Shown in pieces: positions 13,608-26,591 of a stretch of 64,000 nucleotides of DNA. Position numbers and translations under genes: made by a program. The DNA comes from Mobula hypostoma (Eukaryota): contig NC_086097.1 in the NCBI RefSeq assembly GCF_963921235.1, forward strand, positions 139,190,001-139,254,000. The letters run 5' to 3'. How positions within the stretch are numbered: position 1 is the stretch's first letter; each line of letters opens with the position of its first letter. The notes below the pieces were generated by a model, which saw only the letters and a list, made by a program, of their open reading frames with translations, had not been told where the DNA came from and did no database searches.

Positions 13608-14671
13608 CAGCGGTCCCCAACACCATCCATGTCAGCGCGGGAAGGAGATCAACTCCTCAAGCTTGCAAATGACGGTGGGCTGAAAAGTATGTTTGACATC
13701 TCTGTCGGCATTCTGGATCAAAGTCAAGGCTAAGTATCCTAAGATAGCCACGAAAGCACTGAAAACGTTGCTTTCATTTCCAACATTTTTCTGCGAAGCG
13801 GAGTTTTCTGCAATGAATGCAACAAAAACTAAATTGCAGAATAGACTAGACATAAGGAACCCCCTTCGAGTATCGTTGTCTCCAATCACCCGTCGATAGG
13901 ACCGTCTTGTTGCGGGGAAACAAGCCCAGGGCTCCCACTGATTCAGCGATATCGGTGCGTTGCAATGATTTTATATGTTCATACAGGGAAAATATGTGCT
14001 GTGTGTTTAATGTCCAAACGTTACTTAAAATGTTATGATGCTATTGACTTACTTATATAACCATATAACAATTACAGCATGGAAACAGGCCATCTCGGCC
14101 CTTCTAGTCCGTGCCGAACGCTTCTCTCACCTCGTCCCACCGACCTGCACTCAGCCCATAACCGTCTATTCCTTTCCTGTCCAGTTTAACTTTAAATGAT
14201 AATATCGAACCTGCCTCTACCACTTCTACTGGAAGTTCATTCAACACTTACTTCAAGCTCCCCTGTCCTCCCCTGATAATTGACTTCTCACTATATTCAT
14301 GTGAGGAAAATATGCGCTGTGTGTTTAATATTAAATTCGTTAGATAAACCCTTTTAGAAACGAAATTGAATGTATTAGCCACTTCTCACCTATATTCCGG
14401 TCGTACAATCCCGCACCCTCCAGCAGAATCGCCAAAAACGATTTGCAGGGCAAAAAAATCGGCAGGTACATGCATGGGCAGGTTGCACATGCGCACTGGT
14501 TCCCGCGCAAGGCTTCATGGTCATTGTAGTCTTTATCTAGATAAACACAACCTATTTGACTGCTACTCTTGTCCGTTGGCAACCCTACACCCGCCACCCG
14601 GGTCGGCCGGTCCGCAAGAATATTGGCAATATTAAACTGGTTCGCAGTGCAAAAAAGGTTGGGGACCCCTG
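13608..14671 (+). mobile_element. Non-autonomous hAT (Charlie/Buster-like) DNA transposon
   Basis: TIRs CAGCGGTCCCCAAC / GTTGGGGACCCCTG and a perfect 8-bp TSD CTTAAGAG (13600-13607, 14672-14679). ORF 13693-13899 is an hAT C-terminal dimerisation domain (FWIKVKAKYPKIA..FCEAEFSAM..KLQNRLD). Confidence 0.9.
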
Positions 14672-14844
14672 CTTAAGAGGACTTGCTAAGTTTAAGCAAG
14701 CAAACTTGCAAAACTTGCTTGTTACATACACCCAGGGGGCAGAACCAAGGCGGTTTTTAACAATGTGTGGTTTCTTCTATTATTCGATCCGTTAAACAGA
14801 AGCCCCTTGTCTATCTACCGTGATGCAAACGACCCTGTACTCCA

Positions 14845-15185
14845 CCTAGAACATAGAACAGTACAGGCCCTTCACTCCACGATGTTGTGCCAACTTCTCA
14901 TACTACCTACTCCAAGATCAATCAATCTAACCCTTCCCTCCCACAAAGCTTTCATCCATGTGCGTATGTTAGACTCGTAAATCTCCCGAATTTATCTGCT
15001 TCTACTACCACCACTGGCAGTGCGTTCCATGCACACTTATCACTCCCTGTGTGTAAAAAAATAAACCTCTGACATTCCCCCTATCCTCCAGTCACCCTAA
15101 AATTATGTCCTCTCTTATTAGCTATAACCACAGTGGGAAAAAGACACTGGTTGTCCAATCCATCTTTATCATCGTACACCTTTAT
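14845..15185 (-). mobile_element. CR1 LINE 3' fragment in NUDCD1 intron 1
   Basis: Inverted tail tagaacatagaac and ORF2 C-terminal remnant ([18 protein letters not shown]). Confidence 0.75.
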
Positions 15186-15496
15186 CAAATCACCTCTTAT
15201 CCCAGCCGCTCCAAAGAGAAACACTCTAGCTGCCACAATCTTTCCAACATACAAGCCACACTGCACTTTCTCCACAGATGTTGCCGTCCCTGCTGAGTGT
15301 TTACAGCAATTTCCATGTCCATTTGGAGGAGTAAGGGGAGCGTACTCATAGCCGGCATTAGTGCAGAGGCGGCGCGGCCAGTCACCATGCTGCCGGTGGG
15401 ATCCTTGACCCATCCCGCTGCACGGGGCAGAGGTGGGTGCTAGAGGGATCCAACTCCTGCCTGTGCGCAGCCGCCCGTAGCACGCCCAGGACTCAC

Positions 15497-15611
15497 CGCC
15501 ATCCAGCTCCACAGCGTAGGTGGGCAGCGGCTCCAGCGACAGCCGGTAACTGTCGAAGTTGGCGTCGATCAATCGCCTGTCCACACGGAGAGAGCAGTTC
15601 GCCGCCGCCAT
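15497..15611 (-). CDS. NUDCD1: NudC domain-containing protein 1, coding exon 1 (remaining exons lie left of the window)
   Basis: [38 protein letters not shown] matches the recalled human N-terminus ([20 protein letters not shown]). Kozak GCGATGG, phase-1 donor G|GTGAGT at 15496-15491, CpG-rich context, and synteny with ENY2. Confidence 0.92.
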
Positions 15612-15960
15612 CGCGCTCCGTCATCACTCCCGCCCAGGCACATGCGCAAGGTAGAGGGTTTCCCGGGAGTTGTAGTTCCCAAAGAATACTCCGTTTATTT
15701 ACTAACCACAAACCATTCCACTTATCTTAATGACGTATTATTGCATTTAAGATTATTTCTGCTATTTTAAACCTACGTTGTTTCCTCGGTTAGGTTCTTT
15801 GTGGTTGTTAGTAAAGGGGAAGATTAGTAACAGTGCACCGGTTACCCCGGTCGTAAAAATAAATTAAGAGACACAACTTAAGAGAATTATTTCATTTGTT
15901 TTCTCTCCTTTTCCCCTTCTGATATATTTTGTCTTCGTTCAAGCCGTGAGCCGTGGATCG
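15612..15960. promoter_or_regulatory. Bidirectional NUDCD1/ENY2 promoter region
   Basis: Head-to-head genes; CpG-rich 15340-15680; ZNF143/SBS-type motif ACTACAACTCCC (minus, 15665-15676); NRF1-like GCACATGCGCA (15638-15648); candidate donor GCC|GTGAGC at 15946 for a non-coding first ENY2 exon. Confidence 0.7.
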
Positions 15961-17049
15961 GTTGATTACTGGCCTGGGAACTGTCGTGTAGGAGCGTGGG
16001 TGCTGGGGGAGTTGTATAGCTGAACACCGTCTCCTTGGATCCGAGCTGTTGGGGCCGAGGAAGTGAGGACGGCGAAGGAGGAAGGGCCCCTGGAACTGGG
16101 AGGAGGTGAGGTGGAGGGTTGGATCAGCTGAATATAGTTAAAGGTGGGATGAGTGAGGCATGAAGAGGACTGCAGGTAAAGGGTTATGAGTAGGGAATAG
16201 AGTGTGGTTATGAGGTGATGTGGGAGAGGACGAGGGTAGGCAAGTGCATCTCCAATTTTCTTTTGTTGTACGTTCTTCTCTAAACAATAAGTTCCAGGTT
16301 ATTACTAATCACTGCATTTAAAAATGTTCTCTTACTTCCTGTATCTTCCGCCGAAAACCCTAAATCCGTGTCCTTTATATCGCCAGCAAATGGAAATTAT
16401 TGTTTTTATATGCCTTATATAAACTGTCATAATCTTTCAGTCACCCTTCAACTTTTGCAGGGTGCATAACCTCCTTTCTCAATCATACCTTGCAGATAAA
16501 ATGTCTCATCCCTGGAGCCCTTCTGTAAAGTCTCCCTGCACCCTTTCAAGGGTCATTGCATCCTTCCAACAGTGCGAGTGCCATATTATGGTCGTGAAAT
16601 AAATAAGACCTTATAAGAGCTAGGCAGACTTCTCTGCTTTGGTGAATTCTATGATCCTATTTGTTTGAATTATTGTCCATAAGATCTATGTTATGTCCAA
16701 GTGTTTTTAATAGAAAAGGAATTTGTTTGTTATTGTCCCATGTACTGAAATGCACTGTAATTTTGTTTGTATGCTATCCAGAAAAGACATTCCATACACA
16801 TCAAGTTAGGGAAAAAGGAAAATAGAATGCAGAATTATAGTGTTACAGTTACAAACAAAGTGCAGTGGAGGTAGGCATATAAAAGGCAAGGGCCATGATA
16901 AGGTAGATTAGGAGATTTTCAAAAGTTTATCTATTAGCATATAACAGTTCTGTTCAAAATGGAAGCGGGGAGAAGAGAGAATGGGGGGGGTGGTAGGTTC
17001 CTCAGTTAGTTGGCTGCTCACTCAAGTTGCGATGCATCCAGGTAGAATA

Positions 17050-17900
17050 CTATCAGAATGCAGTTTATCACTGTCTTATCTGACAGGAATTTTGTTGCTT
17101 TGCAGCAACAGTACAGTGCAATGACAAAATTACTATAAGTTACAAAATAAATAATGCAAAATAATTGGAATGATGAGGTAACATTTATGGGCAGTTCAGA
17201 AATATAATGGAGGTGAAGAAGCTGTTTCTGAATCATTGAGTGAGGGTCTTCAGGCTCCTGTGCCTTTTCCCTGAAGGTAAGAATGTGAAGAGGGTGTAAC
17301 AGAATGGTAAGAGTCCATAGTAATGGATGCTGCCTTCCTGAGGCAACATTTCTTGAAGATGACCTTGATGGAAGGAAGGAGGTGCCTGTGATGGAGCTGG
17401 CTGGAACCCTTCACAGTCTCTTGCAATCCTGTACATTGGAGCCTCCACACGAGGCTGTGTTGCAACCAGTCAGAATCCTCCACCGTACATCTCGAAATTT
17501 GCAAGTCTTTTGTGACATATGAAATCTCTTCAAACTCCCAATGAAGTAGAGCCGCTGCCATGTTGTCTTCATGACTGCATCAATGTGTTGGACCCGGGAG
17601 AGATCCTTCATGATGTTGACACTCAAGAAATGGAGGTGCTCACCCTTTCCACTGCAGATCCCTCAATGAGGACTTGTGCGTCTTCTCCTGATCTTCCCCT
17701 TCCTGAAGTCCACAATCAATTCATTGATTTTGCCACCATTGTGTGCAAGGCTGCTATTGTGAGGTCATTCAACCAACCAATCTGTCTCATTACTATTTGC
17801 CTCCTCATCGCCACCTGAGATTTTACCAACAACAGTGGCGTTATCTGTGAATTTATAGATGGCATTTTAGCTATACTTGCCCATTATTCTCGTGAGAGTA
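17050..17900 (-). mobile_element. Rex1-like LINE 3' fragment
   Basis: Minus ORFs with QHIDAV..QRLYFIGSLKRF, ILTGC, CLRKAASI, LPSGKRHRSLKT, matching the copy at 38482-38832. Confidence 0.8.
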
Positions 17901-18901
17901 CAGCAGTGAGTTAAGCATGCATCTATTGGAAAAAAAATTGTAAGAGTTATCGGGGTCATACTGAGTTTCCTTACCCTTCTGAGGAAGTAGAGACATTAAT
18001 GTGCTTTCTTGGCTATAGTGTCCATGCGCCTGGACCAGGACATATTGGTGATATTTACATCGAGGAAATTGAAGCTTTCTACTATTGGTACATTACTAAC
18101 AACTCCTTAGAGTTGTGCCATTGAATTTTTATTTACTCTCCTTATCCTTTTTGGCAAAGTGTGTCATCTTGCACTTGTCTGTTAAATTCCTTCTGGCACT
18201 TGTACGTCAATCTGTTACATTAATATCCTCAATGTTTGTGAATACTAAGTAAAGCTATATGAAGTATTCTGATATTAGTGTTAGGGTATTGAACTATAGC
18301 CCTAACACTGTACCCTGGAAGCCACTGACAGTTGGGAACTACAACATACTGGAAGAGAAAAACAAAACCTCATATCCACCAACTAGTCACAGTACTTTTT
18401 CCTCAATCTGCTTTGTTACTGCCTTCTACCCACATCATGCTTTATGTGAAGTAAGAATGAAAGAAGGCTGAAGAATAACGAAAGCCCAATAATTATATCT
18501 AGATACCTTGAAACAAATTGAAAATGGGCATTTCCTCAAAGTGGGGAACTATTTTTCTGATTAACTTGCAGCTTGTTTATCTCCTATCCGACTCACATAT
18601 CTGCTCATTAGTTTTGTGTAGATGGTTTCCAATGTGCCTAGCCAAAAGATGTACACTTTATTCATGACATAAATTCTTTGGCTGACACCTTTGAAGTTTC
18701 TGACATTTCTCAGTTACATTCTCACCTGTCACTTATACCCTGGATTCCAACCAATCATGAAATATTCAGATGTCCTAAAAGTCAGTAACAAGCTTGCATG
18801 ACTAAGCCTTGGAGAATCATAGCTGTAAAAGTAAAAAGCCTCATTTTTTCTACTCGTATATGTTAGTGTTTTCTTGTGATTTTATCTGCTAGCTTTCTGA
18901 A

Positions 18902-18969
18902 ATGAATAAAGACGCACAACTCCGAGCAACTATAAATCAGAAGTTGATAGAAACAGGCGAGCGTGAACG
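18902..18969 (+). CDS. ENY2: ENY2 coding exon A (MNKDAQLRATINQKLIETGERER)
   Basis: Acceptor tgctag| at 18892, ATG at 18902, donor CG|GTAAGA. Near identical to vertebrate ENY2/Sus1. Confidence 0.95.
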
Positions 18970-19057
18970 GTAAGAGAATTTCCATTGTGAATGTATTTCA
19001 GATGTTCTAAATAAGTAGAATATCATTTTATTCTAATCTTGTCCTTTTTGCCTCCAG

Positions 19058-19128
19058 TCTGAAGGAGCTGCTCAGAGCAAAACTCACTGAATGTGGATGG
19101 AAAGATCAGTTGAAAGCACACTGTAAAG
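19058..19128 (+). CDS. ENY2: ENY2 coding exon B ([23 protein letters not shown])
   Basis: Acceptor cctccag|, donor G|GTACAC, 71 nt, phase-consistent, after an 88-nt intron. Confidence 0.96.
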
Positions 19129-20026
19129 GTACACATTGATTAGGAAAAGATAAAGGAATATAGGGAAATTGAAGAAAAATGGAAAAGCCAGAGTAAGTGA
19201 GAGTAGCAGGAAACAGGACCATTTCTTGGTAGGGGTCAGCTATTTTAGCGATGAGCAATAATTTCATTATCACAGATGGCTAGCGAGGCTCAGTTGTTGA
19301 GTATATTAAATCTTGAAAATGAAAAATCTTGGATGTTTGAACGAAGGAAAATCAAGAATCATGTGGGACTGCTGCTTAGGAAGATCACCCCTGATATTAC
19401 AATGGTGGTGCTAGATCAAGGGCAGATTGATTAATTCTCTTTTATTTCTTACGTTCTTGAAAGAAAGGGCGTGGGCCAAAATATCAGTGTCTCAACTCTA
19501 TGACCTGCATTTTAAATTGGTTTTAAAGATGATCATTGTTTCTTATAATTTGTATCTGCTAAGCAGAACTTTATTCTTCACTAAGGATACAAACCTAAAG
19601 CTAGCAAATAGGATTTGTGTAGATGGGCTGACATGGATGTAATGGGTTGAAGGGCCTTTTTCCGTGTCCTACAACACTGTGATTCTACAGTTGACAGAGT
19701 TCATGTCAACACTGAGTTAATGCTATCAGTAGAAGAAGGTGGGGAGACATAGACCAAGGAATGAGGACGTCTGGGATCACAATGGGGCACTGTTTCTGAT
19801 TGGCCTGTTCTCAAATGTTCATGGACATAGGTGAACTTAGAGAGCATTCATGTGAAATCCGTTGATATGAAGCTTTTGTAATGATGACACGTATATGTTT
19901 AACAATTTAATGTAGCCTTGTGATACCAGTGGAGACACAGGAAATGGCAAATAATAGGATCTGGAGCAAAACAAAAAGCTGCTCTAGCAATTCAGTGGGT
20001 CAGGCCTTACACACATAGGCAAAAGC

Positions 20027-20978
20027 TTCACACACACAATGCCGGAGGAGCTCAGCAAGCCAGGTAGCATCTATGGAAAAGAGGTAGAGGCAGGTGTAGC
20101 ATTTGTTCCACTTGCAAGGATAAGTGCCAGGAGGGAGATCACTGGGGAGAGACGATTCGTCTCTCCGCAATGATCTCCTTCCTGGCACTTATCCTTGCAA
20201 GCGGAACAAGTGCTACACCTGCCCTAAAACCTCCTCCCTCACTACTATTCAGGGCCCCAAACAGTCCTTCCAAGTGAGGCGACACTTCACTTGTGAGTCT
20301 GTTGGGGTCATATTCTGTGTCTGGTGCACCCATTGTGGTCTCCTGTATATCGGAGAGACCCAATATAGATTGGGAGATCGCTTCGCAGAGCACCTACGCT
20401 CTGTCCGCCAGGAAAAGCGGGATCTCTCCGTGTCCACTCATTTTAATTCCACTTCCCATTCTGATATGTCTATCCATGGCCTCCTCCACTGTCGTGATGG
20501 GGCCATCAGGTTGGAGGAAGAACAACTTTATTTGAACCTTATGGCCTAAACATCGATTTCTCAAACTTCCGATAATGCCCTGTTCCTCTCCTTCACCATC
20601 TCCTTTCCCTCTCTCACCTTATTTCCTTGCCCACTCATAGCCTCCCTCTGATGCTTCTCTCACCCCCTTTCTTCCATGGCCATCTGTCCTATCAGTCTCC
20701 CCCTTCTCCAGCCCTGTAGCTCTTTCACCAATCAGCTTTCTAGTTCTTTACTTCATCCCTCCCCCTTCAGGTTTCACCTATCACCTTGTGTTTCTCTCTC
20801 CCCTCCCACCACCTTTTAAATTTACTCAGCTTTTTTTTCTCTCCTGCTGAAGGGTCTCAGCCCGAAACATCAACTGTACTCTTTTCCGTAGGTGCTACCT
20901 GGCCTGCTGAGTTCCTCCGGCATTTTGTGTGTGTGTGTTGCTTGGATTTCCAGCATCTGCAGATTTTCTCCTGTTTGT
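20027..20978 (+). mobile_element. 5'-truncated Penelope-like retroelement (GIY-YIG endonuclease) with inverted 5' end
   Basis: ORF 20124-20549 PCKRNKCYTC..FTCESVGVIFCVWCTHCGLLYIGETQYRLGDRFAEH is a Cys motif + GIY-YIG. Pyrimidine-rich 3'UTR. 20027-20083 is an inverted copy of 20878-20935. Internal 65-bp-arm hairpin at 20090-20222. Confidence 0.88.
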
Positions 20979-22622
20979 GAAGAGGCAAAAGCTTAGTCAT
21001 TCTTCATTATTTCTGTCAGCTGCATGTGATGCTGCCACCACCAGCCACGTCTTCCCCTCCCCAGACCTTTCTGCTTTGAGCTGGGGGCACTTTCTGTGAT
21101 CCCTGATTTGTTCTTTTCTTTCTGTCCCCTGCAGGTAGTCTAGACAGTAACTTAATCGTATGAACATTGAATCAATCAATTTCTGGTAACCCACACACCC
21201 CTCCATTCCTTTCTATATCCTTTTAATCCACCCAGTTCCTCTCACTCATCCCCTTCTTTCCCCTATCCCAGCTCCCTGGGTTTCCTCCTCCACCTAGTTC
21301 CTCTGTCTACCACGCACACACTTTACCTACACAATACCTCTTTCCCTCCCCGTTTCCCAACTGCTCAACATCCTTCACTTCTCTGGACCCAATCACCACC
21401 TTCTTTTCTTTTCAGATTTCCTAATCTCCAGCCCCTCAAAATCTCCACTATCACATCCCAGCCTTTGTCACTATCTCCAACTCCCCCACCCCATCCACCT
21501 GGCTCCATTTGCACATCAACTCCTCCTCACATGGATACCTAGCTGTCCCCCCCCCCGACAAAACACCTTATACTGGCTGTCTCCCCTTTATACTCTCAAC
21601 TCTAATGGAGGCTCAAAACCCAACATGTTGATTCTCCCTTTGCCTCCACAGATGGTGCCAGAAATGCACTCCAGTAGACTTTGTATGTTTCTGTGATAGC
21701 AATGTTGTGAAGAGTCTATTTTATCACGTATTGAATAAAGCAGTACAACGCACGAAAAGACCCTTCAGTCTGCGCCGTCCATGATGCCAATTTAAACAAA
21801 TCCTATCTGCCTGAACATGAGCTACAGTACAATATATTCCTCCATTCCTTGCCTGTTCACGTGCCTGTCTAAATGCATCTTAATCAGTGGTAATGTATCT
21901 AAATTCTGTAATTAATAGGGAGAGGACTTGTACTGAGAGTAAGATTTAAATTCAAGATCAACCAAAACTTCAAAGCACAAAAGAGACCACTTGGTGGTCT
22001 CAGTGAACACGTGGGCTGTTTGAGCATAATATCCCATCAGAGCAGTTTTCTTCAAGGGAATTTTTGGCAGAGCAGTAGCTCTTCTTGACTGTAGAAAGAT
22101 ATTACCATTATGGGCTGTTTTTCAGATATGCCAGGGTTTTACTAGGTTCAGTTCTAAAAGCAGGTTTGCTGGATCTGTTACTGGAATTTATTACCATATG
22201 CACTTATAATTTTCGTTACAAAATTTGCCATTGTTGGATCCATTTGATGAGCAAAATCAGTGATAAATTGCTGTAATGTAAAACAACAGGGAATATTATA
22301 GAATTTTAGAAACTAAACTAGAACGTACAGTCATAGAGTTATACAACATGGAACTGACCCTTCGGCCTAACTCATCCCTGCCAACCAAGGTGCTAATATA
22401 TTTGTGTTAATCCCATTTACCTGCATTTAGCGCCTATCCCCCTTAAACCTTTCCTGTCATATACAGTTGCTCAGTAATGTGAAGCAATTGTAATCAACCC
22501 ATTGGATTTCAGTAGTGTAAAGTCTGAAGCTTTGAGATGAATGTTGAGAAACTCATTTGCAACCTAATTTTGACAAAAGCTTTCTGTCATGATTTTGAAA
22601 TTGCTTTCCTCATCTGTTGTAG

Positions 22623-22697
22623 ATGTGATCAGGGAAAAAGGACTGGAACACGTGACGGTAGATGATTTGGTGGCAGAAATAACTCCAAAAGGAAGAG
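22623..22697 (+). CDS. ENY2: ENY2 coding exon C ([25 protein letters not shown])
   Basis: Acceptor ttgtag|, donor G|GTCTGT, 75 nt, phase-consistent. Confidence 0.96.
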
Positions 22698-22844
22698 GTC
22701 TGTATGTGTTCATTTATATGGAGCATGTATGGCAAGATTAATCACAAATATAAGCAAATCTACAACATCACTTCCTGATTTAGTCTGTGGATCTGTTTTG
22801 GGATTCATTCTTTGGAATAGTTGTATTTATTTATTTTATTTTGT

Positions 22845-23100
22845 TTAGAGACACAGCATGGAATAGGCCATTTCGGCCCCAAGAGCAACAGCGCCCAGCA
22901 ACACATCTATGTAACACTAGCCTAATCATAGAGCAATTTACAATGACCAATTAACTTACTAACTGATAGGTCTTTGGACTGTGGGAGAAAATCGGAACAC
23001 CCAGAGGATACCCACACATTCACTTCAGAGGATGTTTGAAGTCTGGAATTGTACTCCAACAGCCGAGCTGTAATGGCGTACGCTAGCCACATGGTACTGT
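22845..23100 (-). mobile_element. V-SINE/HE1-like SINE with CR1-like tail
   Basis: gtgggagaaaatcggaacacccagaggatacccac core plus a cacagcatggaataggcc..cggccc CR1-like 3' piece. Confidence 0.65.
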
Positions 23101-24469
23101 ACTGTGACAATGCCTAAAATGCCCTTTTCCTAGAAGGTTATAAAAATGGGGGGGGGGGGGCGGGGGGCAGTGGTGGTAATAATGTTCTCATTGTCATCCC
23201 TCTGCATCAGAGATAAATATGTATTCTTTCTTTAGCTTTGCAAATCTAATTTGAAACAAATTGAGTACATCAGCAATGACAATTAATAGCATCGATATTG
23301 TATATTTTAATGTAGGAACCAAAAGTCCAAATTTCATTCAGAATAAAAATGAATGAGACCTAAATCTCCCTGTGCCAGGTGATGCAAGATAAAGAGGTAG
23401 AGAAGTTTAAGGAGAGAATTGTAAAATGTAGGACTAAGCCAACTAGCAAGCTGGCTATCAATGAAATAAAAATATTTGGATACAAGTTTTGTGTTCTAGA
23501 GCTGTTTGCCTGATAGATAAAGGTGAGTAGGTGAAGCCATTAAGGAGTTTACCCAGATGTATCAAACTTTTCAATGAAAGTCAGGGAGGCAGAATGCCAA
23601 ATTTGCTTTGTGACGCCAATGAGTGATGGGTGAGCTGGATATTAACTCGCAGAGTAAATAGGTCGTTCATCCAATTATAACTTATAGTCAAAGGCAAGTT
23701 TATTGTCATATGCACAGGTGCAATGAGAAACTTACTTTCAGCAGCATCATGGGCACATCGCATCATATGAGCAATATTTGCACAAAAAATATAAATAACA
23801 CAAGTAGAACAGAGTTCCATTTGATAAGACTTTACGCACTGAGCGTGTAAAAACCTTTTACTGTACTATTTTTGACCCCTAGGAAACCTACCCCTCTTTT
23901 AGCTATCCTGATTGTGCCTTTCCTGCCTCAGGATGCTGCAGCATTCTATTCTCTACGGTGGTCTTGTCATAGCTTCAACATAGTTATGCTGTACATAGCC
24001 CCACCCACTGCGCATATTGAGTTGCAAAACATGCCTGTACTCTGGTGACTACTTAAAATGTACTATTTATGAATAATTTTAAGATTTTTAAAAAATTTTC
24101 TCCTTGTATACTACATAATTGCTCCATACATTGAATTGAATCTGTACATTGCTAATCAGCTTGCTGTATCCTATAAATTGATTAATATGCTATATCTGGT
24201 AGAAATCAGCAAAATGTCAATTTAAACAATCTCATGACAATGACCAAAACTATTTACATAAATCAAATCATTAAGATCCTTGGGAATGCTACTGCTCTGC
24301 TTTCTATGAAAGTTATTAATCCACCCCTTGCTTTGAGACTTAGCAACGTTTTTATCCATAGAGGAACAGAGCTTTTAATTTGTCTTGGGTCACTATGTTC
24401 CAATACTAAATGATGAAAATGTATGCTGATCAAGGTTAGGTCAGATTTTTTAAAATTTTTTTTAGAAGA

Positions 24470-25440
24470 AGTTCCTCCTCATCTCTGTTCCAGAGGGGTG
24501 TCTTTCTATTCTGAGGCTATACCATCTGATCCTAGACTCCAACTACAGTACTGAGAATTTTTACTCCATGTCCATTCTATCCAGACCTTTCAATATTCCA
24601 TAGTTTTCAATGCAATACCCTTCATTCTTTTAAACTCCAATGAGTACAGTCTCAGAGCCATCAAATGCTCTTCATTCATTAACCCTTTCATTTCCAGGAT
24701 CATTCTCATAAACCTCTGGACTCTCCAATGCTGACAGAAATCCTTCCTGAGACATGGGGCTCACAACCACCTATAATACTCCAAATATGGTCTGACCAAT
24801 GGCTTATCAACTATAATATTACATCTTTATTATTATATTCTGGTCCTCTAGAAATGAATGCTAACATTGCATTTGCCTTCCTTACTGCCAACTCAGTTTA
24901 TGTTAACCTTTAGCGAATTCTGCACTAGAACTCCCAAGTCCCTTTGCATCTCTGATTTCAGAATTTGTTACCTGTTTAGAAAATATGCTATGCTTTTATT
25001 CCTTCTACCAAAGTGAATGACCATGCATTTGCTGTATTCCATCTGCCACTTCTTTGCTCATCCTCCTAATCTGCCTAAGTCCTTCTGCAGACTCTTTGCT
25101 CCATTGACACTACCTGCCCCTCTCCCTATCTTTGTGTCATCCGCAAACTTGGCCACAAAGCCATCAATTCCTTCAACCAGATAACGTGAAAAGTAGTGGA
25201 ATACCAACTCCTTACTTTCTCTAAAAAGTAGGATGACATTTGCAGCTTTGTAGTCCTCTATAACTATTGCAGAATCTGGTGATTCTCGAAAGATTACTAC
25301 TAATGCCTCTGCAATCTCTTCATCTACGTCTTTCACAACCCTGGGCTATAGTCCTTCCAGTCCAGGTTGCTTATCTACCTTCAGACCTTTCAGCCTCCAA
25401 GTACCTTCTCCTCAGTAATGGCAACTATACTCGTTTCTGC
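24470..25440 (-). mobile_element. Degraded CR1 LINE fragment
   Basis: ORF 25058-25336: EIAEALVVIF..ANVILLF..KFADDTKIG..LQKDLGRL. Confidence 0.8.
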
Positions 25441-26514
25441 CTCCTGACTCCATCCACCAGAACAGCCAGGACCTCCCAATAGCCACCGATTTCAATTACC
25501 ATACTAACATCCCTGTTCATGGCCCTTGAATTTCTGGCTTGTTGCTGCTGTCTTTCACAGTGGTAAGAAGAAGGAGGGTAATTTGAGAAAAGAAGCAGGG
25601 AGCTTACAGTTTTCATTCTGGATCTATTGCATGATTGACATTAACGCAACTCCTTTTCTCTAAATAATGCTGCTCACAATTTTTTGGATGACCCTGCCTG
25701 ATTAGTTGATTTCCATTCCCATCTCAAAGCCAAACATATGAGAGCCCGTGCTCTTGAATTATCTGAATGAATGTTCTGCCACTTACCCCACCCTCACTGC
25801 CCAACTCAAAGACACACTCTCCTGCACTGGTCACTTTTCACCTTTTATTGGTTCACGGCTGTGAACTCACCTTCATGAACTCTAGTTCTGAATGTTACTT
25901 TTTATTTGCACAATTTGTTCTTTTTTGGGGCACATTGGGTATTTGTCGGTCTTTGTAATGGGTCCACGTGGGTTTCTTTGTTTTGTGCTTTTTGTAAGGA
26001 GATGATAGCAAGGTTGTATATACTTTGTACTTTGAACTTTGCTGCTTCACACATCTATACTATTTTTTATAGTGTCAGTAACATTATACTGTCTTACATA
26101 AACATGCGACACATACTTGTCAATCATCAGGCCATGTCATTCAGAGTCTTTGGCTCAGGGTACCTATCCAAGAGTCTCTTAAAAGACCCTATTGCATGGT
26201 AATAAACTTGAATTTGAATTAATGTTACACGGTTAAAGGAACCTAGTCTTAATCCATTGCTGCATTGGTTTTGAATCAAACATTGCAGCCAATTCCATTA
26301 TCACTCTAGAGCCTACAGATGATGGGTGAGATAGTGCACAATAATTCCCTGCTGTCCACATTTATGTTATGACAGTCAAATATAGATATTTCAAAGGTTT
26401 CTACTTCTAAAATTTAAAATAGTTTGATTCCAAGATAAAACCGTGACAACTCGTTCGTTGGTTTGGCTTTTATTTAAAAGATCCCTGTTTCAGACGTGCT
26501 TGTTTTTCTTTCAG

Positions 26515-26591
26515 CCCTGGTGCCAGACAGTGTGAAGAAGGAGCTTTTGCAGAGGATAAGGACCTTCCTTTCTCAGCATGCCAGTCTCTAA
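26515..26591 (+). CDS. ENY2: ENY2 last coding exon ([25 protein letters not shown])
   Basis: Acceptor tttcag|, stop TAA at 26589-26591. The four exons sum to 291 nt = 96 aa + stop. Confidence 0.96.

Noticed and set aside
1-15490. NUDCD1 exon 2
   Set aside because: No minus-strand segment encoding the expected DDQYTLEH..FGMYNYLH motif was found by eye. It probably lies left of the window.
15081-15611. 176-aa ORF as a full protein
   Set aside because: Only the first 38 codons are NUDCD1. The frame runs through the GTGAGT donor into intron and CR1 sequence.
23148-23167. G-run as functional G-quadruplex (also C-run 28312-28330)
   Set aside because: Simple homopolymers with unreliable length and no supporting context.
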